Notes under the pieces: model-generated
Databases searched by the model: none
What the model saw: the letters and a program-made list of their open reading frames with translations, nothing else
What the model was told of the DNA's origin: nothing
Translations under genes and position numbers: made by a program
NCBI GenBank assembly: GCA_951406725.2
Contig: OX597818.1
Span: 143,282,001 to 143,346,000 of the forward strand
Direction of reading: 5' to 3'
DNA: 64,000 bases
Source: Octopus vulgaris
Taxonomy: Eukaryota
Shown: in pieces, positions 12,375-26,384 of the stretch
How the letters are laid out: every line of letters starts with the position of its first letter
How positions within the stretch are numbered: position 1 is the stretch's first letter

Positions 12375-13280
12375 TATATATAAATAGATATACACATGCT
12401 GACACACGCACGCACGTACGAACACGCACACGTACTCAAACACACACACACACACACACACTCTCACAGTATGACGTACTAAATACTGTACACAATAAAT
12501 ATTTAATTTATTAAGATTTCGAAATTTCACGAAATCATGAATAAATTTCTCAAGTTACTTAGCATTGTAAGTGAAAGAGCAATTTGATGCTTGTTTACAG
12601 GTATATCACAATTATGGATATATCTCTTGGTCTATTCGACCTTGTCAGCAGGTTTTTACATACAGGAAACACTACATTTATTTATTTATGAATCGATTTA
12701 TTTATTTATTCATTGCGTAATTTATAATTCCAGTAATTTTTAATTCGAATAATTAAAAATAAAAAGAGTTAGACGAATGCGCCTTGGAGTTACTTCCCTC
12801 AGTTTATTTTATTTTTTATGTGGCCAATTTATCTTTGGTCAGAACAGCCGAAATTGCGAGGATGATCCGGTTCTTGACTGAAGATTAGAGGCTTCGAATG
12901 ACCCGTCCGTTTTTTGTATCGTCTATTTGAATGTTTTGCGTTCTTGTCCCATTTTGCATTTTTATATATATTTTTTATACATATATTATTGCAGCGTACG
13001 TACACCTTGTTCTCTTATGTATGTATGCATAATACCTTGACATGGTTAAGAAGACTGAAACATATTCATAGTTATCCTTTGCCTAAAAACAAACATCAGA
13101 CTGTTCTTTCTATAAACGTCTAAATTTAGTTGAGGTTATCTCGCTAAGTTTTTGTTTTCTGTCTCCGAATTAGAGCAAACTTTCAATTAAGTACGAATTT
13201 AATGTGATGGCATTCAGTTCATGATCATTTAATTTAATTACTCAATTTCACGACATTGGAACCTTGAGTTATTTCCCTTG

Positions 13281-13343
<63 letters not shown>

Positions 13344-14659
13344 TGTGTATATATATTTATGTACATATATCTGTGTGTATACATATATTTATAATTATAT
13401 ACGTACACACATGTACACTCACATATACGTAAATATATAAATATGTACACTTGTACGTATGTATGTATGTATGTATGTATGTATGTATGCGTGCATGCCT
13501 ATGTGTGTGTTGGGGTGTGTGTGGGGGGACGTATGTAATTCTTTGTCTTTAACCCCGACTGCTCAGTGTTCACTTCCTGTCTTCGTCCTCTTCAGATTAT
13601 TCTTCCATTTTTCACCATTCTACTTTTCTCTTTTCATCGTCTAATGTTTCCTCTATTTTATACCCACCTCCCACAAACATTTCATTCAAAACTCTGAAAT
13701 TTTATCTGATCAAATTAAACATTTCTTTGAAACATATATTAAATAAATCTTTTCATCCGGTTTCTTTAAATTCAGATGATTTTATCGTCAGTAAATTTAG
13801 ATTCAATTTCAATTGACACGTTTCATTCGATTGCCTAATTTTCTTTTTCCCATTCTGTTTTCTTTCTTTACATTTATTTTAAACTCTATCCTTCTTCAAC
13901 AATTTTCTCAGAACTCATCTCTCCATCTCTCATTTTTGTTCTCATTCTCTCTATCTCTTTAAATCAAATAGAGACGAACGTACATAATAAAATGCACAAA
14001 ACCACATGGGTGAGTACCCATGCATACACAATATATATATACATAATACACACACTGTGGCACACACGTGCATAATACCAAGAAATACATTATCTCATTT
14101 TGAATCTAGTTTCTTGTCTTAGCTTTTTTTAATTCTCATACATTTTGCGTTTTTCTTTCTCTTTTTATCTCACTTATATATGTAGATGCAGGCATAAACG
14201 TACACACAAAGACACGCGCACATATTCCCCCCTCTCTCTGTATCACATTAATCAAAACATTGTTATTTCTTCTTTTGAATCTCTCCATTACGAAAGACTA
14301 CCATCTGGAATGTATGTATGTATGTATTATGTATGTATGTATGTACGTACGTACGTATGCATGTATGCATGTATGCAGGTATGTATGTATCTATGTATCT
14401 ATGTATGTATGTAGGTATGTAGGTATGTATGTATGTATGTAGGTATGTATGTATGTATGTAGGTATGTATGTATGTATGTATGTATGCATGCATGCATGT
14501 ATGTATGTATGTATGTATTATGTATGAATGTGTATGTGTGTGTCTGTGTTTGTGTGTGCGTGTAATGTATATTTCTATGTATGTATGCATGTAGGTACGT
14601 ATGCATGTATATATGTATTACGTACGTATTTATCTATACATACGTACGTACATACATAC

Positions 14660-14694
<35 letters not shown>

Positions 14695-14759
14695 TGTATG
14701 TATGTATGTATGTATGTACGTACGTATGTATAGATAAATACGTACATACATACATACAT

Positions 14760-15590
14760 GCCCAAGTCACCAACCTCGTTGGACTATACCTACTCCATCA
14801 GCTCCGAATACACTTCCTTAACATCAAGGGAGGTCTATACAGAGATGATAGTTTGCTAGTCACCAATGGCATTAACAAGTCCTCTTTAGAATGAATTCGG
14901 AAAGATCTACACAAATTTTTCTCTAACCTCAACTTATCTATTACTTTTGAAAATTCCCACAAATTCACTAATTTTTAGACGTTACTTTAAACTTAGAAAC
15001 CGCCCAATCCTCCCAATATCACAACCCTAACTAATACCTTAAGTATCTAAACATTAATTCCAATCACCACAAAGCCACATTTGATAGTATAGTTAAAGGT
15101 ATCTCCATTCGTATATCTGACCTCACACCCACTGAAGAAATATTCATCAACCACGCCCCATATTACAACTCTGAAATTTTATCTGATCAAATTAAACATA
15201 TTACAACCAGCGGCTTCTTCCAACAAATAATATACATCTATAATACTAGGCTCAAGCAACATATATCTCAAGTCATATCAAAACGACATGCTAACCATCA
15301 TAATCACAACATACCACGCACCCACTATACTAAAACCCTGGGAGAACCCAGATCAAGACAGCTTAGACCCACACGCACATATATAACACTAGGTCAAAAG
15401 CTAAAACAGCTTACAATAACGGGCTATATAACACGCTCTAATTTCTAAAAATATAAATTATACTACCGCTAAACAACAACAACAAAAAAGCGGTAGACGC
15501 TCCCTTTTCACTAAATGTTAGAACTTAGCCGAATCCTATTTTTAATATACTAGACTCAAGCTTCGCCCGTCAACATCTATCTTTAATAGA
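14760..15590 (+). mobile_element. Penelope-like RT fragment (GLYRDD type)
   Basis: AQVTNLVGLYLL..GGLYRDDSLLV..NFLDVTLNL..KYLNINSNH..ISIRISDL..APYYN, with stops. Confidence 0.85.
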
Positions 15591-17383
15591 TCTACCTTAA
15601 AGTGTGTTCTTGGTCGCGTTAACAAAGGGATGTGGGTTCGAATCCCACTCGGATAGGAAAGCCTTCTTTTTCTGTCGAGGGCTTATATGCCCCTTTATTA
15701 GACTATTTTCTTTAACATTGCACGTTGATCGCCATAAGCTTTAAGCTTATATAAAAATACCATTACTAATGTGTGTGTGTGTGTGTGTTCGGTAGAATGC
15801 CTTGATGCAGAACACAACCAGAAATTCTCTATTAAATCTCTGGGTCATAATTCCTTTCCTGTAGTATTTGCATTGTGTTATAATCGTATGATCCAAACAG
15901 GGATAAGCTTGATTGGTATTAACACGAGTTGTATATAATTAGAATTAGTTAAGAATTAGATAAATTTCTTTATGGTGATATTAAGTACGTTATAACATAT
16001 CAAATTGTATTTATTTAATTACACACTGCGTTTGGGTATTTGAAACTTACGGAAATCTTTATCAAACCCTCACAAGTACCAGAAATCAAGATCATAACTA
16101 AGTATGAAACATCTTGCCCTTCCTTGTATTTGGTCCAAGTTTCTATTTGAAGAGTAGTCATTTGTAGCGATATTACATAAGATCACACAGTTCAGTTCAA
16201 TAATTCTTTTAATATGTGGTATGCTCTGTATTTCTGTCAGGCATTATATTTTTCGCCAGTCGGTGAACACGTTCAAAATAGCCAGAAATAATATTTATAA
16301 CTTCCCGCCATTCTTAGAAACAAGTCATTACATATCATATAGGTAAACCCTAGTTTATAAACCATTCGTAGTCTTAGTAAACTAACTGTACATTAATTCT
16401 AGCTCATAATTCCCCACAAAGAATGTGAGAATTAAGATGCACATTAAAATCACTATCTACTCATATTTGCTGATAACCTTTTGGAGATGAAGAACATCTG
16501 TTGAAGAAATTTGAACCTTGTATTAATATCTGCTTTAGATTTATTTTCCATTATCGTTTTTGTTTGTTTTTACGAACATATCCTCCTAAACGTTTTAGGA
16601 ATTTCTCTTCTGAAAAATAAATTACACTACAGATCAATGCTTCCAAAAGTGGGAACTTCTACCATACATGATGGAGACGTTGATCAGTGTTATTTAGCCC
16701 CACATTAGCTCTAGTGAACCAGACCCATGATCAAAAGAATTCCAGTCGTGGCTATCCAGTTATTATTTTTTCCCGATATGGACGTATCATTAACTACTGT
16801 GGTTTTCCTTCATTAAGACGGTAGGTCGTGAGACCAAATCGCACGACAGCAGAGCAGCTCCTTCGGGTTGGGATGTTGGTGAAAATACTCTTCAGGGGCG
16901 GGGTGAGTTTCTTTCTGGCCTCTTTAAGGTTTTCTGTGTTGTCATCATTGTTTAGCTAAACTGTTGATCGATGGTTGGACTCCAGTGGGATCACAAACAA
17001 TTGGCTGATACCAGTAAAAATTCTCATTTGCAGCTTCTCTGCAATTTTATAGAAATTCGTATTATGTGTTGCCATTTGTTCTGATATTTTAAAAGATAAG
17101 ACAGGACCCAAATTTAATTTGCTAATGCGTAAGTAGGAATTGAAAGGCAGCGATGAAATTGGCAGGATTTGAACTCAGAATATAAAGAAACGGAACAAAT
17201 ACCGCAAAGCATTTTACCGATGCTTTAACGAATCTGCCTATCCACCACCACTCTTTCTCTTTCGAAATTTAACCAATTCGTATGCGCACGAGCTCATTTC
17301 CCCTTCACATCCAGACTCTGGTCCCGCATATATTTTCTGGAAAACACTTCTACATTATTCAACAAATTCTATACTAATTATAA

Positions 17384-18204
17384 CCCTCTCTACTCTAGGC
17401 ACACGGCCTGAAATTTTGGAGAGGGAAGATTGTCGATTATATCTACCCCAGTGCTCAACTGATACTTATTTCATCGACCCTGAAAGGATAAAAGGCAAAG
17501 TCGACCCCGATAGTATTTGAACTCCGTAAAGACGGACGAAATACCGCTAAGCATTTTGTCCGGCGCGGTAACGATTCTGCCAGCTCACTGCCTTTTTCCA
17601 CACTAATTATAATGACCCAATGATCCTTTCTACTCTAGGCACAAGGCCTGAAATTTTGGAGAGGGAAGATTGTCAATTATATCGACCCCAGTGCTCAACT
17701 GATACTTATTTCATCGACCCTGAAAGGATGAAATGCAAAGTCGACCTCGGAGGAATTTGAACTCAGAACGTAAAGTCAGACGAAATACCTATTTCTTTAT
17801 TACCCACAAGGGGCTAAACACAGAGAGGACAAACAAGGACAGACATAGGTATTAAGTCGATTACATCGACCCCAGTGCGCAACTCGTACTTAATTTTATC
17901 GACCTCGAAATGATGAAATGCAAAGTCGACCTCGGAGGAATTTGAACTCAGAACGTAAAGTCAGACGAAATACCTATTTCTTTATTACCCACAAGGGGCT
18001 AAACACAGAGAGGACAAACAAGGACAGACAAAGGTATTAAGTCGATTACATCGACCCCAGTGCGTAACTGGTACTTAATTTATCGACCCTGAAAGGATGA
18101 AAGGCAAAGTCGACCTCGGCGGAATTTGAACTCACAACGTAACGCAGACGAAATACCGCTAAGCATTTCGCCCGGCGTGCTAACCTTTCTGCCAACTCGA
18201 CGCC
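17384..18204 (-). mobile_element. SINE family 2: monomer (17384-17593) plus three-core concatemer (17622-18204)
   Basis: Four core copies. The concatemer is flanked by TSD TTATAATGACCCAAT (17607-17621, 18205-18219). Confidence 0.9.
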
Positions 18205-18939
18205 TTATAATGACCCAATAATGCTATCGTTTAAACATGTGATGATTATGATACTATTATAATATGAAAAGATATTCAAGTTAATGTTTATAATACGAAA
18301 GGATATCGAGGTTAATAATTATAATGTAAAAGAATACGAAGGTTTATCTTACTGGCGGAAGCATAGCTGTGTAGTTAAAGAATTCGTTTCACAATTACGC
18401 ATCATGTTAGGGTATTTCTTCCATAACTTCAGGCTGACTTTGTGAATAAAAGTTGGTAGATAATTACGACTACACTCTCCGTACAACAAACAATTCCTTG
18501 ATAAGAACTAAAAAAGCCCTCATTCGTAGCTTTTAGATAAAGGGTTTACTAGGATTTCAAGTAAGTATATACTGGAGTAGAGACTCGGATTATTGAATCG
18601 ATGGGCTGTTAGACAACTAATCAAGATATCGTGGTTCGCATAACCACGATATCTACGTTGCGGTCAAGCTAAATGTCTCTCATATGTTCCAACTCTATCT
18701 GTATAAACCTGACCACAAAAGACGAGCTTTTTCTGCTGTTAACAGTACTCAAATGATTCGATTGCTTTTGGTACGGTGTTGTATTTTGATCGCAGAAGAT
18801 GAGGATTGGCATAATCTGATTTTATTATCATTTAAACCGGAGATAGACATTGCCATATGAACCGAAGATCTTGAAATGCCAACCATGCATTTAAATGGAT
18901 TTCTGTTACTTTCTCGAATCCCATAGCACTTTACGGCAT

Positions 18940-19144
18940 CTCTTTTACTCTTTTACTTTTATTTGTTTCAGTCATTTGACTGCGGCCATGCTGGAGCACC
19001 GTCTTTAGTCGAGCAAATTGACCCCAGGACTTATTCTTTGTAAGCCTAGTACTTATTTTATCGGTCTCTTTTGCTGAACCGCTAAGTTACGGGGACCAGC
19101 ATCGGTTGTCAATCGATGTTGGGGGAACAAACACAGACACACAA

Positions 19145-19213
<69 letters not shown>

Positions 19214-19387
19214 CACATATATGCGGCGGGCTTCTTTCAGTTTCCGTCTACCAAATAAACTCACAAGGCTTTGGTCGGCCCGAAGCTATAGTAGAAGACA
19301 CTTGCCCAAGGTGCCACGCAGTGGGACTCGAACCTAGAACTATGTGGTTGGTAAACAAGCTACTTACCACACAGCCACTCATGCGCC
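18940..19387 (-). mobile_element. Full-length SINE family 1
   Basis: Collinear with 11947-12374. Confidence 0.92.
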
Positions 19388-19857
19388 TAGATGTTGATAC
19401 TAATACAGTGTTAAAGGCAATACATTGGCTGAGATGTTAGAACGTCAAATAAAATGCTCCCTGTATTTGCTTAATGTTGTTTACGTTCTCCGTTTCTCAA
19501 TGGAAACCCGACCAAGTCAACTTTGCCTTTTGTTTGTTTCTGGTGGTTGGAGTGCGTTGGAATAAATACGAGTCAAGTACAGAGGTCGATACAGTTGATT
19601 GCTCTTTTCCCCAAGTTTGATACCATATACATGTCTTTGTTAATATCAATATTAGATAGAAGACTCGCAACATGGAAAATAGCGAAATCGGTAGATCGAC
19701 GGACATATTGCTTCTTCGTATTTAGTTATTACCCTTCGCCGAATTGACTTCGAATTTGCTTTTCATTTCTGTAAGCATGTGCGTGTGTGTGTACGCGCGT
19801 GTGTGTGTGTGTGTGAGAAATTTAATTGCTTGTACCATTGTGTGTCTATGTTAGAAG

Positions 19858-20245
19858 GAGGCGCAATGGCCCAGTGGTTAGGGCAGCAGACTCGCGGTCA
19901 TAGGATCGCGGTTTCGATTCCCAGACCGGGCGTTGTGAGTGTTTATTGAGCGAAAACACCTAAAAAAGCTCCACGAGGCTCCGGCAGGAGATGGTGGTGA
20001 TCCCTGCTGTACTCTTTCACCACAACTTTCTCTCACTCTTACTTCCTGTTTCTGTTGTACCTGTATTTCAAAGGGCCGGCCTTGTCACTCTCTGTGTCAC
20101 GCTGAATATCCCCGAGAACTACGTTAAGGGTGCACGTGTCTGTGGAGTGCTCAGCCACTTACACGTTAATTTCACGAGCAGGCTGTTCCGTTGATTCGGA
20201 TCAACCGGAACCCTCGTCGTTGTAACCGACGGAGTGCTTCCATCA
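19858..20245 (+). mobile_element. tRNA-derived SINE (head X, tail B)
   Basis: Same head as the 10637 copy but a different 3' half. 13-bp TSD TCTATGTTAGAAG (19845-19857, 20246-20258). Confidence 0.92.
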
Positions 20246-21159
20246 TCTATGTTAGAAGTGGATATAATAGTGCTTCCTTACGCGTGCAGCAGTTTGTTTA
20301 TCTACTTTGAAGCTACTAGAATTAAGTAGCCAGACATTTTCTGGTCGCATCTCCTGTCAGAAGTTTTCTTCAAATTTTTGAATGTATTTCTAGTCTCACA
20401 AATTACAATCCCAAATTCAGAAACCCTTGCTTGGCTGATTCGTGAAATAATGGAGAGATTTGATACAGAAAAAGTTACTTAGCGATGACAACGAAGACAG
20501 CCGAGAGTGTCGAATAATCAAGTGACTGAAGGGGTCAGTAGTTCCTATTTCGTCTCACGTCGTGTCCAAGGCCAATCAATGGCAAAGACACAAAAGTTTC
20601 CACCATTCGGTCACCCACATCTAAATAGATCCTCCTATATAGTGGCATAATTCAGCGCAGACGGCGAATTGACGGAGCCGTTGGAACGTCGGACTAAATG
20701 CCCTGTGAATATTTGATCTGGTGATCTGCGTTCTGAGTTCAAATTCTACCAAGGCCAACTTTGTCTTTCATCTTTTCAGGACGAGTAAATAAAATATCAG
20801 TCCATGGCTGTAGATTGGGGAGGGTGTAATTATTACAACGCGGGTTGAGACGCTGTGAGATATCTCTTCCGGTTATGTACGCTCGGAGTTCAAAATTCCA
20901 CATAGAGAAACCATTATAGTGACTATTTTCGAGAGGAGCGGATAGTCCCACACTCGGCGAAGGCACCGCACTCAAGTTTACTTTCTTCTTGAGTTGAGAC
21001 AAGTCAAAGAGCACAGAGTACTCAATGCACAACGATGCATAATGATGATGATGATGATGAGGTAATGATGGCGATGATGATGATGATGATGAGCAATGCT
21101 GAATGCTTGTTGGCTTGCAACGAAAACCTAGGTTGGACTCTTCAGGTAGGATGGTTATT

Positions 21160-21455
21160 ACTTCTTGTCTTGAGACAGCATTCACCCGGGATGGGTTGAG
21201 TTGGCTTCATTCATCCTCAATGCTGCATCTCTCACAAACGCCGACCAGACCTGGCGATTTGAGGCTAATGACCGCGTGATCTCCAACCACTCCTTATTCC
21301 AGCGGCGAGCGCCGTAGATATGGGGGCCTAAGTTGGGTTCCAGATCAGCCTTGACTGTCATCAGCCAGGTTTTTCGTTGTCCACCACATCGCTTTCGCCA
21401 ACCCTGAAGGGGAGCTGGGGCAATTGCTTCGAAGATGAATTCTCCATGGCCAGGA
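21160..21455 (-). mobile_element. RTE-clade LINE 3' end
   Basis: The minus-strand peptide GWRKRCGGQRKTWLMTVKADL..GPHIYGARRWNKEWL..LASNRQVW is typical of RTE ORF C-termini. Confidence 0.8.
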
Positions 21456-23464
21456 GAATTCAGCCATGGTCATTACAATAGGCTACTGTCTTATTAAAAG
21501 GTGTTTTTTGTGTATTGTCTCCTTAACATTAGTGAAACCGGAAGGAAATATTCAACCAGTGAATCACTGATGTTTGAGAAATGACAAATTTAATCTAAAT
21601 ATGGGAATTGCAAAGCGTCGATAGTGAGACACAAATTTCAAACCTTTATCTGATAGTCATATGCTATCTCTTATCTCAATTTGTTGACTGCAGCATAAAC
21701 TGAATCAGAGTTTAGAGAGATGGTAAGCTGAAAATAAATTTTAATTACTTGAAATTACAATCATGATGAGATAAAAACGACTCATTAGTGTTAGTCCTGA
21801 TAAGAGACAAAACTCCTAACAATTCAATCGAAAATTATTTTTGATAGATACATACATGGAGAGGGGGGAGTGAGTCTGACCTTTGGCGGCCATAGTGGAA
21901 ATTTTAGGCTTCAAGTTTTAGGTTCCAAGCTTATTGAACTTCCTTAGCGAAGCGTAGTCCACTGCATCCACATCTCTAAATGACTTTCATCACAATCTCT
22001 GATATGTAAAATCACTCGCTAACCACTTTGCATCCTATTACATAATGTACACAATGTTTGAAAAAAAATGGATGGGCTGGTTACGTCACAGATCCTTTTA
22101 ATCATAGGTAAGTTCAATGAAGGTTGAGATAGGATTAAAAATTAAGAACAATTATGATGCCAACATTAAAGAAATTTCGTCCCAAATCCGTGTTACTGAC
22201 CTGTGTGGTACAACCAGGAAGACAAAGAACAAAATACATTATATTCATGTTGATATTGGCAATGACTCTTTATACTCAATTTAGTTCTGCAGTAAAATGA
22301 TATTTACAAAGAACACTGGTAAATCATTGAGGTATAAGGTCATTAACTAAATAAATATTAAGTGTGTGTGTGTGTACTTCATCTCGTATTATATTCTCGC
22401 CAACTTTAATTGCAGTGTCATATGTAAATCGACCTTTCATATATATTTATATATATATGAATGTAATATCCAGGGATCGAGGTGTAGGAAGAAAGTTAGC
22501 TTCAAGCAATCCGTAGTAAATATAAAAAAAAAACAACTTTCAAGGACAATAGTGGTTTATTGAGACGGAAGGTTGTGGATTTTTTATCGTGTCGAAGAAT
22601 GATAAGCTGAAAAAAATTCTTTTTGTATTCTACGATATGCGACCAGGGTGTGCAAATAAGAATACAAGAGTTGCGGAATGGAAATGGAACGATCCGGGCT
22701 ACATATGTTTCATAGCGAGCGGAACCTCAGAAGTGGTAAAATCCAATTGAGGTATATACCACCGGCAACACTTCAGGCAAAGAATATCTTGATTAGATTA
22801 AAGGTTACATTGTCGCAAGGCGGTACATGTCGACGCAAGGAAGATTCAATTAGAATGATTGCTTTCCATAAATTTTCAGGTTCCCGAATGTAAGCATATT
22901 TACATATTACACTGGAAAAAGTCTACACAATAGGAAAACATGAACATTTCATAAATATTCAGACATTACATGCTTTTGTATGCCAGCATCTGTGAAAAGC
23001 TCACACATTCATACATATTAGCAACAATTATAACTATATAGAATTTGGAGACTGGTACATCCTCAAAATTTATTTCCTTTTATTTTACAATTTCATACAA
23101 GATATTTTTAATATGTACATATACATATACGCGCGTGCGTGTGTATTAGAAATTTTATTCATATCAGCGAGAATAGTATAATGCTGACGCCATAAGAATT
23201 TAGAAACTTAGAAGCTCCAAGAGAACATGGAATGATATTCAAAATAATTCGTGTTTAGAGCGGTAACTCGAAGCAGATAAAACTATAAATAAGAACGTGT
23301 AAATATTGGTTTTAAAAGCGTTTGAATAGAAAAATGAAAGTTTTTTTTTTATTCCATTATTTACACGCTGTTATTTATAGGTTTATCTGCTTCGGGTTAC
23401 ACCGTTCCAAAAAAGAATTATTTCATGCTCTATCGAGGATTCTAAATTCTCATGACGTAAACAA

Positions 23465-23690
23465 TATATATATAGTAAATAAAAAAAACGAAGAACAAAC
23501 ACAAAAAAACAGCAACGCGAGGACGTGGTACATGTAAAGTATTAACAGACGTTCAGGGAAAGAAAGGTGGTTTAACGTTTCGAGCAAACGCTCTTCTTCA
23601 GAAATAGAAAAAAGTCCAATAGAAAAGAAAGACGGAGGGGAAAAAAAGTCGCCAACGATTCATATGTGGTTACATTTTGAAATCATTTTG
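23465..23690 (-). mobile_element. PLE-type pseudo-LTR remnant
   Basis: Reverse-complement homologue of 36930-37120. Carries an HHR and ends at (TA)n. Confidence 0.75.
23570..23605 (-). ncRNA. Minimal type-I hammerhead motif
   Basis: attt-CTGAAGA-a-gagc-gttt-gctc-GAAA-c-GTT-aaac. Canonical core with an extra A after A9 and a palindromic stem III (AACGTT). Confidence 0.7.
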
Positions 23691-23746
23691 AATATATATT
23701 TATTTCCTTTTATTTTACAATTTCATACAGTATATTTTTAATATGT

Positions 23747-23782
<36 letters not shown>

Positions 23783-24218
23783 GTATGCATGTATATGTAC
23801 ATATTAAAAATATACCATATGAAATTGTAAAATAAAAGGAATAAATTTTGAGGATTTACCAGTCGCCATATTCTATATCGTTATAATTGTTGCTAATATG
23901 TATGAATGCGTGAGCTTTTCACAAATGCTGGCATGCAAAAGCATGTACCGTCTGAATGTTTCTGAAATTTTTATGTTTTCCTATTGCATAGAATTTTCCC
24001 AATGCAATATGTAAATATGCTTACATTCGGAAACCTGGAAATTTATGGGAAACAATTCGCATGCTTGTGAAAGAAAGTGCACTTTGTGTGTGCGAACGTG
24101 TGTGTTTGATAGCGTTCATCAAAATTAATTGTATACATGTTTAATTCCCGATTTTCTTCCTCAAATTTGTAGCACTACGTATGTTAATATTTATTTTGTA
24201 ATATACAAAAAAATTGAC

Positions 24219-24451
24219 TAGCGGTTCCCAGCCGGAGTCCACATGGTCCTTGGGAGTCCATGTAAGATTTTGTTGTTAAAATTTATCTGCAATAAATTGG
24301 TTATACATCTGCAATATACAAAATATTTTATATAACTTCTAATAATATGTTATTCTAGAAATATAATAGGATTTTGATTTGTAAAACATCGAATGGCTAT
24401 GAGAGTCCATAGGAGTAAAATGGGATTGAGTAAAATGGTTGAAAAACGCTG
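24219..24451. mobile_element. hAT/Charlie-type MITE, copy 1
   Basis: Ends TAGCGGTTCCCAGCC / GGTTGAAAAACGCTG resemble CAGTGGTTCTCAAC TIRs. The body is homologous to 24631-24865. Confidence 0.7.
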
Positions 24452-24630
24452 ATTTAGATTCCGAACTTAAAACAACTGTTTAAACCAACGTCTCATAAAC
24501 AAAAAATGGGATAGTGGCGTGTGATTTGAGGATATTTACTGGTAATATCTAACAGGTCGAGAGACCACGTCGTGATAAGATAAATCGAAAAATATATCTT
24601 TATGACATTCAGTATAACTTCACTCTAGAA

Positions 24631-24865
24631 CAGTGATTCTCAATCGAGGCCCATACGACCCTTGGGGTGGGTCCCATATAAGATTTTGTTATTAAAATTT
24701 ATGTGCAATAATCTGGTTAAATTTTCTACAATACACAACATATTTTAATTTTTTAAAATTAAATTCCTAATAATATTTAATTATAAATATTGAACAGCTA
24801 CGGGTTCCAACCGTATGAATAAGAATCAAATGGGGTCTATTGGCAAAAAATGTTGAGTATCACTA
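24631..24865. mobile_element. hAT/Charlie-type MITE, copy 2
   Basis: Ends CAGTGATTCTCAAT / GTTGAGTATCACTA. Confidence 0.72.
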
Positions 24866-25615
24866 ATTATGGCTTATTTATTGTAACGATCATCACCCTG
24901 TCTACCTTGTCGGCCTTGACCTGTTCTTCTTTTGCTTGACATTTTTGAAAATAGACAGCTTATGTAAATGAATTCAAGTGTAAATTCTCAAGTATGTATG
25001 TCTACACCCCCCCCAAATATTCTATTTTGGAACAGTAGATCTCGAATGACACAAAGATATAAATAATAGCAGGCAAATGTTTGATTGAAAAACTCTTCTG
25101 GATAGGAAAGGTTGAAGGCTGCTCATGGGGTGCGGGACGAACAGACTTAAAAAAAAAAACAACAACAAAACTCATGTAGTAGAGTTTACTTGTTCGTTCG
25201 AAACTGATGGTTCACTCCATCGCTACAGTGGTGCGAGTTTCTCGCCCTGTGCGAGTCTTCAGGCAATGAAAAAAGATGAATGGGAGCGTTGAGCTGTTTT
25301 CTTTATATATATATATATATATATACATACACGAGTAAGTAGACAAACGAAAGAAGGGCACTCAACACATGTATAGATCAAAACAAAATGCCCATGTACG
25401 CGATTTAGTGTTCACCATGCGGTATTTTCCATCTAACTGCTGTCTCTGAAATACCGACATCAATACTGCATGACCTTTCTCGACCGATCCCAGACTAACG
25501 TCCAGTAATAAACATTGACTCTCTTCAATCGAACTCTCATTCAGACCCCAATGGTCGAAGACTAGCCTCGCGTTTGAAACTCAGAGTAGCAAAGATTCTG
25601 AATCAAACTATTTTG

Positions 25616-25749
<134 letters not shown>

Positions 25750-26049
25750 TGAATACTTTCTTCAAGATAAATATACATGCATGTTTTTGTGCATCAATCT
25801 ATTTATCAATTTATAATGTACATAATATATTTGAGTGTGTATACATTAGTATATATGAGAAATAAATAAAACAAATTTTAACTGATACATTTTCTTTTTA
25901 TATGAAATATACATTTTTTAAATGTGCGTTTATAAGTATAAAAGTCGTCAATACCTGAATGTTCATAAGTTACTGAGGATATAATATTGATCAAAATTGA
26001 TATAGCAACGTAGTTCCCAATATCGTTGCAGCGTTTATACAGTTGACCT

Positions 26050-26118
<69 letters not shown>

Positions 26119-26384
26119 CCAATATTATATCATCTTCTTCACTAATGATCGTGTTCTTTTATTACAAATACTGTTTGAAATAATGTCATTAAAAATAAAC
26201 AGTACACGATATTATAAATAGAAAACAATATGGCTGTAGAATATCAGTAAAATGTACATTTCCTGAGTTTATAGTGATTGGTTAATTGCTTTAACATTAT
26301 TAGGATTATTAAGTTAAGTGATGATGTATTGAATGTCGTACGCAAAAAATTCTCCACTGATTTCTCTTTTTGTTGGAGAAAGTA

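Larger units (their letters stand above)
22858..24056. repeat. Inverted duplication with ~270-bp arms (22858-23126 / 23789-24056)
   Basis: The arms are diverged reverse complements. A partial third copy lies at 23700-23748. Confidence 0.9.

Noticed and set aside
12837-12910. Possible permuted hammerhead (GCCGAAA...CTGAAGA)
   Set aside because: Stems I and III cannot be formed convincingly; probably part of an unclassified repeat.
15632-15700. tRNA gene (perfect T-arm GTGGG-TTCGAAT-CCCAC) and a nearby CTGTCGA-hairpin
   Set aside because: There is no acceptor stem or D-arm, and the hairpin lacks the GAAA half of a hammerhead core.
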